A stretch of DNA of 64,000 bases from Stegostoma tigrinum (GCF_030684315.1 NC_081369.1:9586035-9650034), one strand, 5' to 3'; positions 36,801-49,149 are shown, counted from the first letter of the stretch. The notes: generated by a model from the sequence alone, not told the origin. A program made the numbers and translations.

Positions 36801-38581
36801 TTTCGTGTATACTTTCAAGGCTTTGTTTTTCACAGCTTCTACTCCAGTCAGAATTTCGGCACCAGCTCTTAGCCAGGGGGTTCTTAAATCCTCCGGGTAC
36901 CAGGCTGCTGTTTTTACATTCGAATTTCAGCCAAGTCACTGAGAGCCCTTTAACAAGAACAGTTTTCAATAGGTTTGTGGAACTAGAAAATATTATCACA
37001 TTTGTATGACCGAGTAATGTTAACCCGGGATGTTGTTCATATTCCTCTTCTTTCATTTAAATTTTAAAGTTGTTCCAAAACTTGAGGCAAATTCTGGCAC
37101 GAGTTGAGGTTAGCAGCGATAGTTCCAATTAAATATCTTTCAAATATATCCGCCAGATCACTTCACCATGCATATGGATTAGATCAATGTCTCGTTTTTC
37201 CCTCTTACTGTCTTTACTGTATTAATTTTTTTGTGTTTATTGGGAAAATAGAAACATAAGCCAATTCGAAGCATTTGATAAATTACAGAGTTTATGTTGT
37301 TTTGCATGAATATTGAGTTGACGGAGATCTCTTCAGTGCCTGCATGGACTTCAAATTAATTATGCAAAATGCACAGTTTAACCTCAGCCAGTACAGTTGA
37401 GAACAAACATTTCCAAGTCCTGATGAAGCTCCAGGCTATGTGATTTTCATGTGAGAAATATTTCCTACAGGGTTGAGTGGATTGAGGAACTGAGGGGTTT
37501 TGGCATTTGTCACCTCATGAAAGTGTATTATTGACAGTTGAGTGTTACTGGAGTCATCTTACCAGGCTCTGAGCAGCGTGTGTTGTGATGAAATGTGTGG
37601 CGGAACCTGGTGGGTTGGTCACCCAAGGCCACATTCATCTAGCTGCAACATCCCCTTTTCCTGAAGCACCGTCGCAAGGATATTATACAACTTGAAGTCT
37701 CTCTGTGGGAATAACGCAGCACCCCAACTTAAGAGCACTCATCAATGCATGCAATGTGAAAATATACCTTAACAAACCATGTCATAGAATGGAAATTTCT
37801 ACTGATCCAAGTGATAACGAACGATAAAGAATTTACATTAATGTGGTACATTATATAGCAAATTAGGAAATGTTTGGAAAGTGGGATCAAATTGCCATCA
37901 AGTGATACATACGTATCAATTATCTGATTACTTTCAGATTATCTCTGCGCTGCTTGCATCGGCAATAACTATGAATTATTGAGCCTATGGTCAAATTGGC
38001 TGGTTACCACTTTCAATCCAGGAGATAATGCTTTAAAATCAGTCAGAAATTTCAGCTGATAAGCCTTTTGTGGAGCAATTCTGGTCTCTTTTGTCTTGAA
38101 ATTAGGCTGTCATAATTCAAGTACAAACTGCTCAAACTGAATTGAAGTCAGCAAATATAGCAAAGAGTTATGTTCAGTTATTAGCTTTGATTTGTTTGTA
38201 TTAGGGAAAATGACTATGAAAATGAAGGTTTGATAGACCTGTTGAAATCATGACAGTACCAAAGGAATGAACAGTGGCCTGTTGATCCCATTGGCAGAAA
38301 TTCCAAAAATCAGAAGCTCTGACAATGGGAAATATGAAACAAAGCAACAGCCACATGATCAAAATCGTAGTTAAGACTTGTGCGCACCGATGGCCAGAGT
38401 GATGGAGACAGATTAACTCTTGTTTGGAAGCAATAAGGACATCAGCAGTATGAGTTAACTCTGCATTTGCAAATCTAATCGCTTTTTAAACATCTTTACA
38501 GCACCGATACACGTGTTTTCAGAAGGGAAATAACCTCAGAAATTACAGCATCACATTGGGCAATATAGGCTCAAATTAACA

Positions 38582-38612
38582 ACCGCATTCACAGGATGTT
38601 AAACGTCATTGC
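38582..38612 (+). promoter_or_regulatory. Conserved proximal promoter module of gene B
   Basis: ACCGCAtTCACAGGATGTTAAACGTCATTGC, paralogous to 23536-23566. Confidence 0.55.
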
Positions 38613-38705
38613 TAAATATCTCTTGGCCATCAATCTTTGCAGTTACCAACTCGCAGAAACTGCCAGAACTGTGTTTTGAACCTATTGCTATAAATGTAAG
38701 CGGGG

Positions 38706-38748
38706 ATGAATTTTCTCTATCTGACTCTACTTGAGATTATTCTTTCAG
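38706..38748 (+). CDS. Gene B exon 1, signal peptide MNFLYLTLLEIILS
   Basis: Hydrophobic leader, CAG/GTAAAT phase-1 donor. Confidence 0.8.
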
Positions 38749-41700
38749 GTAAATTAATTGAAAGAAAATTTCTTTAATTGATAGAAGGCTTTTGAAGCCA
38801 TTCATTTAAATAATCTTATTTCGTCTGTCTCGACAAATAATTAATTCTTCTACCTTTATGTTGAATATGACATAGTTGCTTTTACTTCACAATGTTCCTG
38901 ACAGCTGCAGACTCATTCAGTGTTACTCAAACGCCCAAAGAAGTGAGTGCATCCAGATGGGAAGACATTACCATGTACTGCACATTCCCCACCTCTCAGC
39001 ACTCTTCAAAACCAACGGTAGTTTGGTGGAAGCACGTTCGGAATGAACATATTCAGCTAAGTGCCAGTGGCAGAAAACGATTTGGTTTTGAAAATGAAAC
39101 AATGGTTTTCTTAAACTTGCTGAGCGTTAGTATCCAAGATTCTGGAGTTTATTACTGCACAGTGACTTATCAAGGAATAGGACAAATAAATGGAACCGGT
39201 TCTGAACTAATTGTTCAAGGTAAGTGAGAGAGCGAGACTAACTGAAATATTTAGAAAAAAGAAAACTCCAAAATATTTTCTGATCAATTATTTCATCAAC
39301 TTTGGTAGACTCATCTTGTGTACTCAGCATTTGCACAACAACCTACGCCTGATGTTTCCATTCCCTTGAAAGAATGTAATTGGATAATTAATATCACAAG
39401 CAGAATATTGCAGCATTTATACATATTAACCATTCAGAGTATAATTCTAAAGACACCTGATACATCAGAATTTCTGATACATATACCGGCAACAAACAAG
39501 TTATGATAATACAAGATTCTACAAGATTCTTTGCTTATTATTGTTATTGATGTCCCGTTCACCACCAGCTAGTCTTTCTGAGGTGGAAGAGTCCAGAAAG
39601 TGATTCTCACATAATTTCAATGCATTTTACCATTTGTAAAGTTTTCGATCAGAAAACTGCTAAATCCTGCACCCTTCATTTAATCAACAATTAGAAGCTT
39701 ATTTGTTAATATTCGTTTGAGAATAACAAACACAGGGCTCAAGAACACACATTTGCTTCCTCTCCTCCTCCGTTCCAGCTCAATACAATATTTATCCCCA
39801 ATTTCACAACCCCAGGAATACAAAGCAAAGTTTCCTTGCATTGTTTTAGCGATGAATATCGAATACTGGATTTACACTTCAAGTAAATAAGAACAAATGT
39901 CACCATCAATGAGAGATATTTACTGTCCTAACTGAATGCTTGTCCAAAAAATAGAAAGAAAATAAGCTGTGTCTTTGAATGTCATTATTGCAATAAAGGG
40001 AGCCGATTGAAGACGCGACACGAATTTAACATTTTGTGATTGTGATCAATAACTTCGTTTTGCTTACTCCCTTCCGGCAGTTGCCCCAGTCCCACTGAAA
40101 ATTATATCCAAGTTGCATGAAGAGAATCCAACCCGATATTTGAGTCTTTTATGTGAGACATCTGCATTTTATCCGGAGAATTTCACTCTGACCTGGTACA
40201 AAAACGGGATCGAAACTGACCGAGGAATAAAAACCAGTAAGGTGCAGAATAACGTGGGGCTGTATGAAGTATCCAGTTCTTTGGTTGAGACTCAACCTCC
40301 TTCGCATAAAACCAAGTATACCTGTTTGGTATCCCATGTCTCCCTCAAAACGCCTGCTGTCATCACACGCACTATTTCTACTTTTGATGGAGCCCTAAAA
40401 GGCTAGTAAACTACTGCTAAAATGCAACAAGATGCATTGTATAAGATATAGTTCATGTTGGTATTCCACTGCCTCTTATTTTGAAAATTATGTTAAAGTT
40501 GCCATTTGTGTTGCAAAAACAGCTAAACCTTACCGACATTCAAATCCCTTTATTTATTAAATAGTACTATACAGAGAGCTAGTTGTTCCACTGGTTTCTT
40601 TTTTGTCTGGTCATTTCATTAGTGAGACTTGTTCACTGTCTTTGACTTCCATGTCAACGTGGTTTCATTCTTCCTGATGCCCACTTTCCTTCTACCGTAT
40701 CGATTATGAGGAGGTATATTTTTTGTTTGCTTCACTCTGTCTTCGTCTCCTTCCCCTGTGGTTGCGTCCAGTGCAGAATAAGATTCATTGCCTTGTCAAA
40801 ACCTAACTCTTACTTATCTGTGGCACTTTAAGTTGGTATTGGTCTTGCATGTATCAGATAAACTTTGCTCTCTACATGTCCAGGGTGTTGTGATTAAATG
40901 CATTACAATTTGATTATTCTGTAGATACTTTGACCCTGCGTGAAATGATATTTTTTGTGCCACTTCATTCATAGATATCCTTTTTATTTACACATAATGA
41001 ATGCATAAATACAGTTTATTTATTTGTGAAGACTTGCTCACTGAATCCATCAGTCCAGAATTTGACGTGGTTAGCCAAGAAAATGCTGGTGAAATCATTT
41101 CTCTAATTTCAACAAGTACAGGGGCAAGAAAGTATAGGAATAAGATGTCAACTCGACTTGCAACTGAAGTGATATTTGGCAATTTAGCTTTTTCATTGAT
41201 CTTCCATAGCACTGTGCAGTTGAAAATACCACCATATTTTAAGAAAAGAATTATAGTGGCCATTTTTTTCAACAATCAGAAGCAAACGATGCCCTCTTAA
41301 TCCTGCAGAGAGTATCAACAGTTCACTCGTAATCTGGTCTTCAGTTCGTAAAGCGGTTGCTTTGGCATTTCTTGTAATCCTGGCCATAATAGGAGCGTGT
41401 ACTGCACGTGAATATATCCAAGGTAAGATCTACTTTCACCTTTTTATTTTGCACAAAACCTATTTTCATTTGCCATCTGTGGAAAACGAATGGGATGGGT
41501 GAGATGAAGGCCTACTGGGAATAATTTGAATTGACTTAAAATTGAAAAATGATTGTTTTATTTTCTTCATGAACTTGGATTGCAAATGCAGAAAGGTTCA
41601 TGGGCACATGTTTGGGCCATTCAGCACCCTCAATCCTGTTTAGCCCTTCAAGGGGATCACAGCCGATCCACTGCTTAACTCCATATACATATCCCTAAAT

Positions 41701-43119
41701 ACCTTTGCTTAATAAAGTGTTGTCGATCTCAGGTATAAAATTAAATAAACTTTAATTTGCAGAAATACCTTCCAAACGTTTACCATCTATGTGTGTTAAA
41801 GTGCTTTCTAACATCTCCCCAGAAGGGTTGAGACCTAATTTGTGGATTATGCCCACTATATCTAGAATCGCCATCCAAACAGAAATTGTGCATGTCAATC
41901 TACACAGTCTTTTCCTGTTAGTGTTTTGAAGAGTTCAATCAGAAAACCCATGAACCTTATAATTTCTAGAGAAAACAGGCCTAATCTAGGTGGTGTCTAC
42001 TCATATTTAAATCACTGATGTCCTGGTAATATTCTTGTGAATGTACATTGTACTCTTTCTCAGGACAGTGCATCTTTCCTATGCTTTGGTGTCCAGATCT
42101 GTTCACAGTTTGCAAAAAAAAGTTATCGAATGTGTATAGTTCTCCCATGAGTTAATTTCCAAGCAATTTTCACTTTTCAGCATGACAGATGAAATATACC
42201 CTGACAAACATGAAGTCAGTCATTTGATTATTCCGCAGAGGAATGTTTGCTCCTTGAAACTTTGGAGGATAGGTGCAGATTTCGACAATGACTTCTCTAT
42301 CCTCTACACACTCATTTTGCGCTTGGAAACTGAGTCAATAATTCCATCACTCAATGTAATTATATTTTACTGATTTGTAGATAAAGAGGAATGCACAAGG
42401 CAACAAGACCATAAAGAAAACATGGTAAGTTTATAAAATGTGAGGCTGGATGAACACAGCAGGCCAAGCAGCATCTCAGGAGCACAAAAGCTGACGTTTC
42501 GGGCCCTTCCTCTCTGATGAAGGGTCTAGGCCCGAAACGTCAGCTTTTGTGCTCCTGAGATGCTGCTTGGCCTGCTGTGTTCATCCAGCCTCACATTTTA
42601 TTATCTTGGAATTCTCCAGCATCTGCAGTTCCCATTATCAATGGTAAGTTTATTCCTTTGTCATATTATGGGTTTAAAATGTTTGGCCAATTGCAATAAT
42701 AGGAGAAATATATGTTGATATAACCAGAACATTTTAAACCTATTTATTGAAAAATACATCATACAGTATTAGTGTGTGTTTCAAAATTAGATTGGAAATG
42801 TGTTTGGTACAGACTATGTTGTTGACACAGGATGGAAAATTGATTTTTTTAAAAAACTGGAAGTACTCATATCTGGGAGAATGTTTCTTGGTAGTAAGGC
42901 ATTTATAGATTGAGTCGTTCCTTATTCTTGAAGAGAAATTTACTATTTAAAGTGGCAATTTTAAATTTAAGATTGTGTTGTAGCATGACGGTGAGGATGT
43001 TTAATTTGTTATATTGAATGCTGCACAGGACAATTAATGGAATATTGTCATTCTTGTTTTTGCAGGAAGCTGTGGTTGAGGCCTGTGACAGACTTCAGCA
43101 AAGACGGGAGAACTCTTAA
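38706..43119 (+). CDS. Gene B: type I IgSF receptor, leader-VJ-C1-TM(Arg/Lys)-short tail without ITIM, predicted activating (or mainly secreted), 296 aa
   Basis: Exons 38706-38748, 38905-39219, 40081-40401, 41309-41422, 42381-42424 and 43066-43119 join in frame (891 nt); GC donor at 40402; paralogous to gene A exon by exon. Confidence 0.85.
38905..39219 (+). CDS. Gene B exon 2, Ig V domain with J-type GxG motif
   Basis: FSVTQTPK...ITMYC...VVWWKH...QDSGVYYCTVTYQGIGQINGTGSELIVQ; GTAAGT donor. Confidence 0.93.
40081..40401 (+). CDS. Gene B exon 3, Ig C1-set domain
   Basis: LSLLCETSAFYPENFTLTWYKNG...YTCLVSHVSLKTP; same 321-nt length as in gene A. Confidence 0.92.
41309..41422 (+). CDS. Gene B exon 4, TM with basic residues
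   Basis: ESINSSLVIWSSVRKAVALAFLVILAIIGACTAREYIQ; 114 nt as in gene A; bounded by ctgcAG and GTAAGA. Confidence 0.85.
41590..42110 (-). mobile_element. Degenerate CR1 3' fragment in gene B intron 4 (absent from the gene A intron)
   Basis: Antisense CR1 3' end features such as GGCCATTCAGCACCCTCAATCCTGTT and GGATTATGCCCACTATATCTAGA. Confidence 0.6.
42381..42424 (+). CDS. Gene B exon 5, cytoplasmic 1
   Basis: DKEECTRQQDHKENM, 44 nt, GTAAGT donor. Confidence 0.85.
42435..42640. mobile_element. Penelope-type fold-back insertion with a 13-bp target-site duplication
   Basis: Perfect 73-bp inverted repeat (42433-42505 / 42529-42601); TSD ATGGTAAGTTTAT at 42422 and 42641; the paralogous site in gene A is empty. 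Confidence 0.9.
43066..43119 (+). CDS. Gene B exon 6, truncated tail EAVVEACDRLQQRRENS*
   Basis: Homologous to gene A exon 6, with a net 11-nt deletion across the ITIM codons. Confidence 0.75.
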   Translation, partial: EAVVEACDRLQQRRENS

Positions 43120-45582
43120 CGCGTGCATTTAAAATAGAGAGATGCACATAGGCTTAAGTAAGGCCTAGCATCGAATGAAAAAATCAAATTGTGACTCAGG
43201 CTGGCAACAAAGACATTTTCTTTTATGGACATTGTCAATGTGATATTTTGAAGTTTATCTTCGTGTTCTTCTGAAGAATAATTTTCATAAAATCTAGAAA
43301 AAGAGCTAATAACAGCGTTTCTAAATACTATCTTTACAGTTCCCGCAAGTTGAAACTGGTGATAAGATGCTGCTGTTGACTGTGTGAAGGAGGCCTGTAG
43401 TATTCTTGAGCTGCAGACTGGAAACAAAATGGAGTAACAGAAGATGCATACGACCAACCAAAAATAACAAGCCATAGAATTGCAGAAGATACTCATCAGG
43501 CATATACCGCTTGTATTCTTTTGTACCTAGAACTTCAGGCCCGCACAAGCTCATCTTTCTACATATAATGCACTAAAATTTGATATTAAACAACTGCATT
43601 TACCACCTATCACAATGATACACAATTATTCTTTATTTAGTTGCTTTATAGAACTCTAGAGATCTGCATTGAAAGTTTGTTGAAAGGTTACTTTGCATGA
43701 AGTTACAGACTGTGTCTAATGGTTGCTCACTTATTCTCATTTGACATCAAGCCTATCTGCATGCAGACAGTATCAATGCCATGCCTTGCTTTGTACTGTA
43801 CTTTCAGACCCATACAGCTTATCCTGCGGGTGAACAGTTCATACCCAATGGGGCAAACAACCTGATGTATGCAATGTGCAACTTCAATCTCACACCTGCA
43901 CCACGTGCCAACAGTGACGGGTCAAACAGGTATCATGTGCTGTCAGCAAATAGCCATGTATCAAAGTTTTAGAGGAGAAGTCCTCAGCTAAGACCATGGA
44001 TGTATCTATCAATTATAGAAGACCCAGGCATCAAATTAAGGGCAACCTCTCCTTCCAGTCCAAGTATACAGAAACAGTCACATGCTAGTGGACTGGTGTT
44101 AGACAGAGTCTGCATTCCAGGTATTGGGTTATGATAAGTCCTGAGTCTCCTTCCTGGTTAGTGAGGGGCGAGGGTAAAGGCCAGATTAAAAGGCAATGGT
44201 TTGGGAGGAGGGGTAGGTCCACAGTCACAATCATACTGACGGTTAAATGGGAGGGGTACGAAGTGAGTGAAGTGTCTATCAGGGCACCTTGCATGGCTGC
44301 CTCATATGCAAGTGGGGGACAGGAAGTGGGCACCTATAGGCTGATGTTGATAGGTAGGGTGGAGACCTGTGGAGGTGGAAAGCCTATGAGGCTTATGAGG
44401 TGGGCAATCAGGATCATAATTCAGATGTTCAGGGGCTCAAACACATCCAGGTGGAGCCTCAAAGCCAATGTCACAGGATTGACATCTTCCGTCCTGTTGG
44501 AATTTTAATGTGTGCAATCTGAAGTGTAAAGACAGCAAGTGCACCTGGAGAAGGTAGCTAAGAATATTGACCTTTGTGGGGGGGGGGGGGGCGCGGAGCT
44601 TGCAAGGCCTACCAAAGTGAATCTTTTTAACTGGAAACCATATTATATGCAAATCCTTAAACTACATGGGACAGATGCCTTGAGCACAGGTGATGGTACT
44701 GCTTTGACCTGATGTATGGAACATACTTCACTGTCCTGGGTATCAAAGAACTGCTCATTTTCCTTCAATGGGTTCCCCTTTTTGACTTTCTTCCTCATCT
44801 GAACTGTTCTGGTGCTGCCTCTGGTAATATACTTTGGTGGATGGAACCTGGTTAATAATGAATTCTGTTGACCGTGAATATTTGAGTTGGACAAACCTAA
44901 GAGCACTTATACCTCATATAAATAAAGTTTTAAATGTGTTTCTTTTGTAGCTTGAGTAGCTTAATAACACTGCAACAATGATTTAAATTAGAAAAATCAT
45001 GCATGATGTTTCAGTCTAAAGGGTACCATGAAATGAAATATCAACACAGATGGTACTCACTTTTATACAATTTCCCCGCTCATAGCATTAATGAAGAGAG
45101 AAATTCAAGCTAAATGAAGCATTTGCATGTCCTAAAGCCATTTGAATATATTTGATACATACTCTCTCCTGAAATATATTTGCAACAATCTCATCATAAC
45201 AATTTGTTGTAAACAGCAATGAGATCATTTTCATCTCAGCTGTTCTTCACTGAATGACAGTTTCCAATTAAGTTTTTAGAGTTTCTGTTGTCAGTCTGAT
45301 AAAAATTAAAGACTACGCTGCCTCATTCATGACTGGAAGAAGCGTTGAGTTTGTGTGAGGACTCAAATAATGTTTATTTAAATGCTCAAATAATCATAAC
45401 AATAGTGCCTGGAGTATAAATACGAGCCAGAGCTCAGATGCAGTTTCAGTGCAGTTCTTCAAAGACGGTTGTAAGATTTTATTTTTATGTTCATGATTTT
45501 TTCCTTCTTTCTCATAATATTTAATTCTCTAAAGTGCATCAAAGCTCATATTCATGTGACAACTGAAACCACTTATTTTGGC

Positions 45583-45703
45583 AGTGATAATGGGAACTGC
45601 AGATGCTGGAGAATCCAAGATAATAAAAGGTGAGGCTGGATGAACACAGCAGGCCCAGCAGCATCTCAGGAGCACAAAAGCTGACGTTTCGGGCCTAGAC
45701 CCG
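45583..45703 (-). mobile_element. Short Penelope-type end insertion with a 14-bp TSD
   Basis: CCACTTATTTTGGC at 45569-45582 and 45704-45717 flanks the same repeat seen at 42435-42640. Confidence 0.85.
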
Positions 45704-48329
45704 CCACTTATTTTGGCGTCTGGCACACCAAGCGTCTTCTCCAGTATCAACATACATCTCACGTTGGACCGATATCTATCACTTCATTTGTCTAGACTCA
45801 ACTTTTCCAATTCACATCCAGCTGTTCTTCCAAATTCTATGTTCTGTAGACGACAAATCGGCCAAATCCTTGTGGTCAGTGTTTTAAGAAGCACATATGG
45901 TATCCTGCTAGCTAAACTATGTTGGGTCATAATCAGAGTCTTGATTTCACAATACCCATTTTTGTTAAACCATCCCATGCACTTGCCTCTCACCAACTCA
46001 CTAGTTTCTCCCAGTCTCAAAAAGTATCTTTACATTTCTCTATCCTTACCATCGCTTTAATCCTTTAAGGTATGTATTATAAAGTATCTATTTCATCAAG
46101 AGTTTGGTCGTGTACCTGAATACACCCTCACTTCCCCAATTCAATGCATTATTTTATATCATTCCTGTGAAGTGTCTGGGGCGGTGGAGTGGGGGCGTGG
46201 GGAGGCTTCATAACATAAAGGCAGTACAGGGTCATGTGTTGTCTTCAGATTGTACTCTCATTCCATAGCTCCTAATGGTTACCAGCGTCCAACTAGTTGC
46301 CTAGAGTTGCCTAAAGTGGGTCAGAAGCTCTTGAAAGAGAGGCAGGTGTACGACCATTAACCCATTGCTAACCACGTGTTCTTCTTGTTGGAAATAGGAA
46401 CCTGGCATCTGAAAATCACTTCCTGTCTTTCAACGCTTTGGTCAACCCACTGAATTTGCTTTTCCACAAGTTTGCTCTAAAACATGTACATTTAATTTGT
46501 TGTCATTCTTATTTTTCATATATAAATTATTTTACCTCATCAAAATATTGCATAGAACTGAAGATTTATCCTTTATTAAAGTGACTAACTTTAATGCATA
46601 TCAGTATTGCAAACCGTACAAACACCACAAGTAAAATCTCTTGTACTCTCAATCTTACTTTTTAAATAATCTATCCCACCTTTGTGAATAATCAATTCAG
46701 ACACCAGCTTTTTATTTCAATAAAATACATTGAATTTCTTCACATTGTACCTTTAGCAGAGCAAAATTAAACACCAAAGTAATCTAATTTGTCTCTGCTA
46801 TAAACCCAAAAACTTCATTCAAAGCATCATTCACACAAAGGACAAACAGAGAGACACTGTTAAGGTACAATAAAATCAAATAGCAAAACTAGTCAGATCA
46901 CATAAGTGGTTTGCATGATCTGTTGTTCCACAAACATAAGTGATGGCTTCTTGGTGTTCTGAAGATGCTGATCAGGTTCAGTTTTTCACTTCACTCTGAC
47001 AAAGATAGTAATAATTTAATCTTTGTTTTCTATACTTTGAACTTCCAAGGTGATGGACAAATCGACTCCCACCAATCAAAGAAAAAAGCAATTTATTTAA
47101 GGAAGGAAAATTGTGAGAGATTTGACAGAATAGATTTTCTAGTTCATAAACTTATAACACAGACAGATTTGACCTAAAACTACAGACTAAGTCCAAGCTA
47201 AGGAAACAATTCTTGGGTATTTATGTGAAAAGCAATCTGTTTTATGATATGTTAGATGGATTGTTGGATAAAATGGTTTTGAATGATGGACTTGTAATAG
47301 GTTTTATTTCACTGTTTTGGCCTGGTGGATGCTGTAATGGGTCAACGATAGAAAAGAAGATGTACACACACAGAATAGTTTTTGGATTTGGGTTGTGTTT
47401 AATGGAATTATGGTGTGATGAGACAATCATTCATAGTTTGGACATAAGGAAGATGCATTCGTATCTTCTGGGGATCTTGATGCACAATGATAGCTTTCCT
47501 AACACTGAACCAGGAGACCCAGGTTCAATATCAGCCCCAGATGTGTGTTAAACTATCTCTTACCATGGAGAGACATTGGCCTAAATACGCAGGCCACTAC
47601 AAATTACAAGGTGCTCAAGTGAGTATGCAGGGCTCCTGCAAAGTTGCTGCAGTGCAGCAATAGCATTATTATTTACTCAGCAACATTTCTTCTAAAAGTA
47701 TGCTTCAATATACCTCCTGTTAATATTTGATTGAATTGTGTCCTGGAGTTATGAGACAGGTCAGCAGTAGATTTCACTCTTTACCCATTAGTCATCCTTC
47801 AGTTTGCCCTGTGGCTTAAACACCGAACACGCCTCTATCTAGTAAGAAAGAATGTTATCTCTCACCCTCTCCTGGCATAGTCGGTACATGCCACCTCTCT
47901 TGCAGAGCAATTGAAGACAAATTAGGAGATGTTAAATATATTTTCTGCTCTGTTTTGGAAGGAACCTGACGGATGGCATTTATTGCCATGGCCACTGACA
48001 GTATCTTCCTGCTCTGAGTTTTCTAGTCTACTTACAGCAACTCCTAGAAGAATGGACAAGATTTACACACTCCAACTCAGTGACATTGAGTTATAAGAAG
48101 TGTTCTCTGAAGATAAAGTAGAATTCTCCCTCTTGCCTTTCAGTTGATTCCTCAAGCAGCTTGTGTCCCCTATTCAATTTTTGCTGATTCTCCTGTCATC
48201 TCAGGAGCACATTGTCTGAACAGAATTCTTGACATGAGAACACGTACCATATACATCTCACTAGACTCACTAGATAACATCATAAACCACCACCACTTGA
48301 CTATCTCAGCAAATTTAGAAATACGCAGG

Positions 48330-48525
48330 AAATGACATCACCAACCCAAGGAAACCTAAACTGATAAATAGAAAGCGGGACATAACACCAGCGCGTCACT
48401 GGAGGCTCACTGATGATGTTACCTAGAATGGTGACGAAACGTCGGAAAACGAACCTTCCAGCTCAGCAAGCAAACTCACATCCAGAACCTCAACCTGAGC
48501 TACAAATCTTCTCAAAACTCGCTAT
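48330..48525 (+). mobile_element. Second Penelope-like family end fragment with a hammerhead-like core
   Basis: CTGATGA-T-GTTACC-TAGAAT-GGTGAC-GAAAC-GTC at 48410-48443. Confidence 0.6.
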
Positions 48526-49149
48526 ATTTTCAACTGATGTGTTTTCTTTGAATGTTTAATTCGATTCTCCGCGAAAACACAGTTCACATTGATTGGGCAT
48601 CATGCATATTCTTAAAAGGGCTAATATACAAGGCTCCTATTGTGACTCACAGATAGACACTCAACTGGCTTAATATCAAGCTAGCATTAAATTAGAATAA
48701 CATTAAAAAGCTTCTCACTGTGATACCACAATAAATATTAAATTATCTTTTAAACTTAATTGGACTAGCACTGAATAAAGAATTGATCTTACATAATCAT
48801 TCTATAATTTCCCATATTACAAAATGTTAGGCTTCTAAATTTATGTCTGTCTCAACTGTCAGTCTTAGAATATTCTGGGTGACGATATTATCATATATGT
48901 GTAACAAGCATTGAAAAAGTGATGAAGAATCTCAGCAGGCCTGGTAACATCTGAGATAAAAACAATTAACGTTTCCAGCAGGGTGTGACTCTACTTCAAG
49001 ACTCGTTCAGCAGACCATCAGGTCTGCTGTGTATGAATAAGCCAGCCATTCAAATTAATCCCACTTCTCAACACCTGGTGACATGCTTTAAAATTGTTGC
49101 ACTTCAGATGCAGTTTCAGGTTTCTTTTACATGAGTAGAGGATTTCTGT

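Noticed and set aside
39158-39200. Perfect RSS heptamer CACAGTG at the YYC/J boundary of the gene B V exon (CACGGTG in gene A)
   Set aside because: It arises from the Cys-Thr-Val codons, and there is no ACAAAAACC-like nonamer at 12 or 23 bp, so there is no evidence for RAG rearrangement
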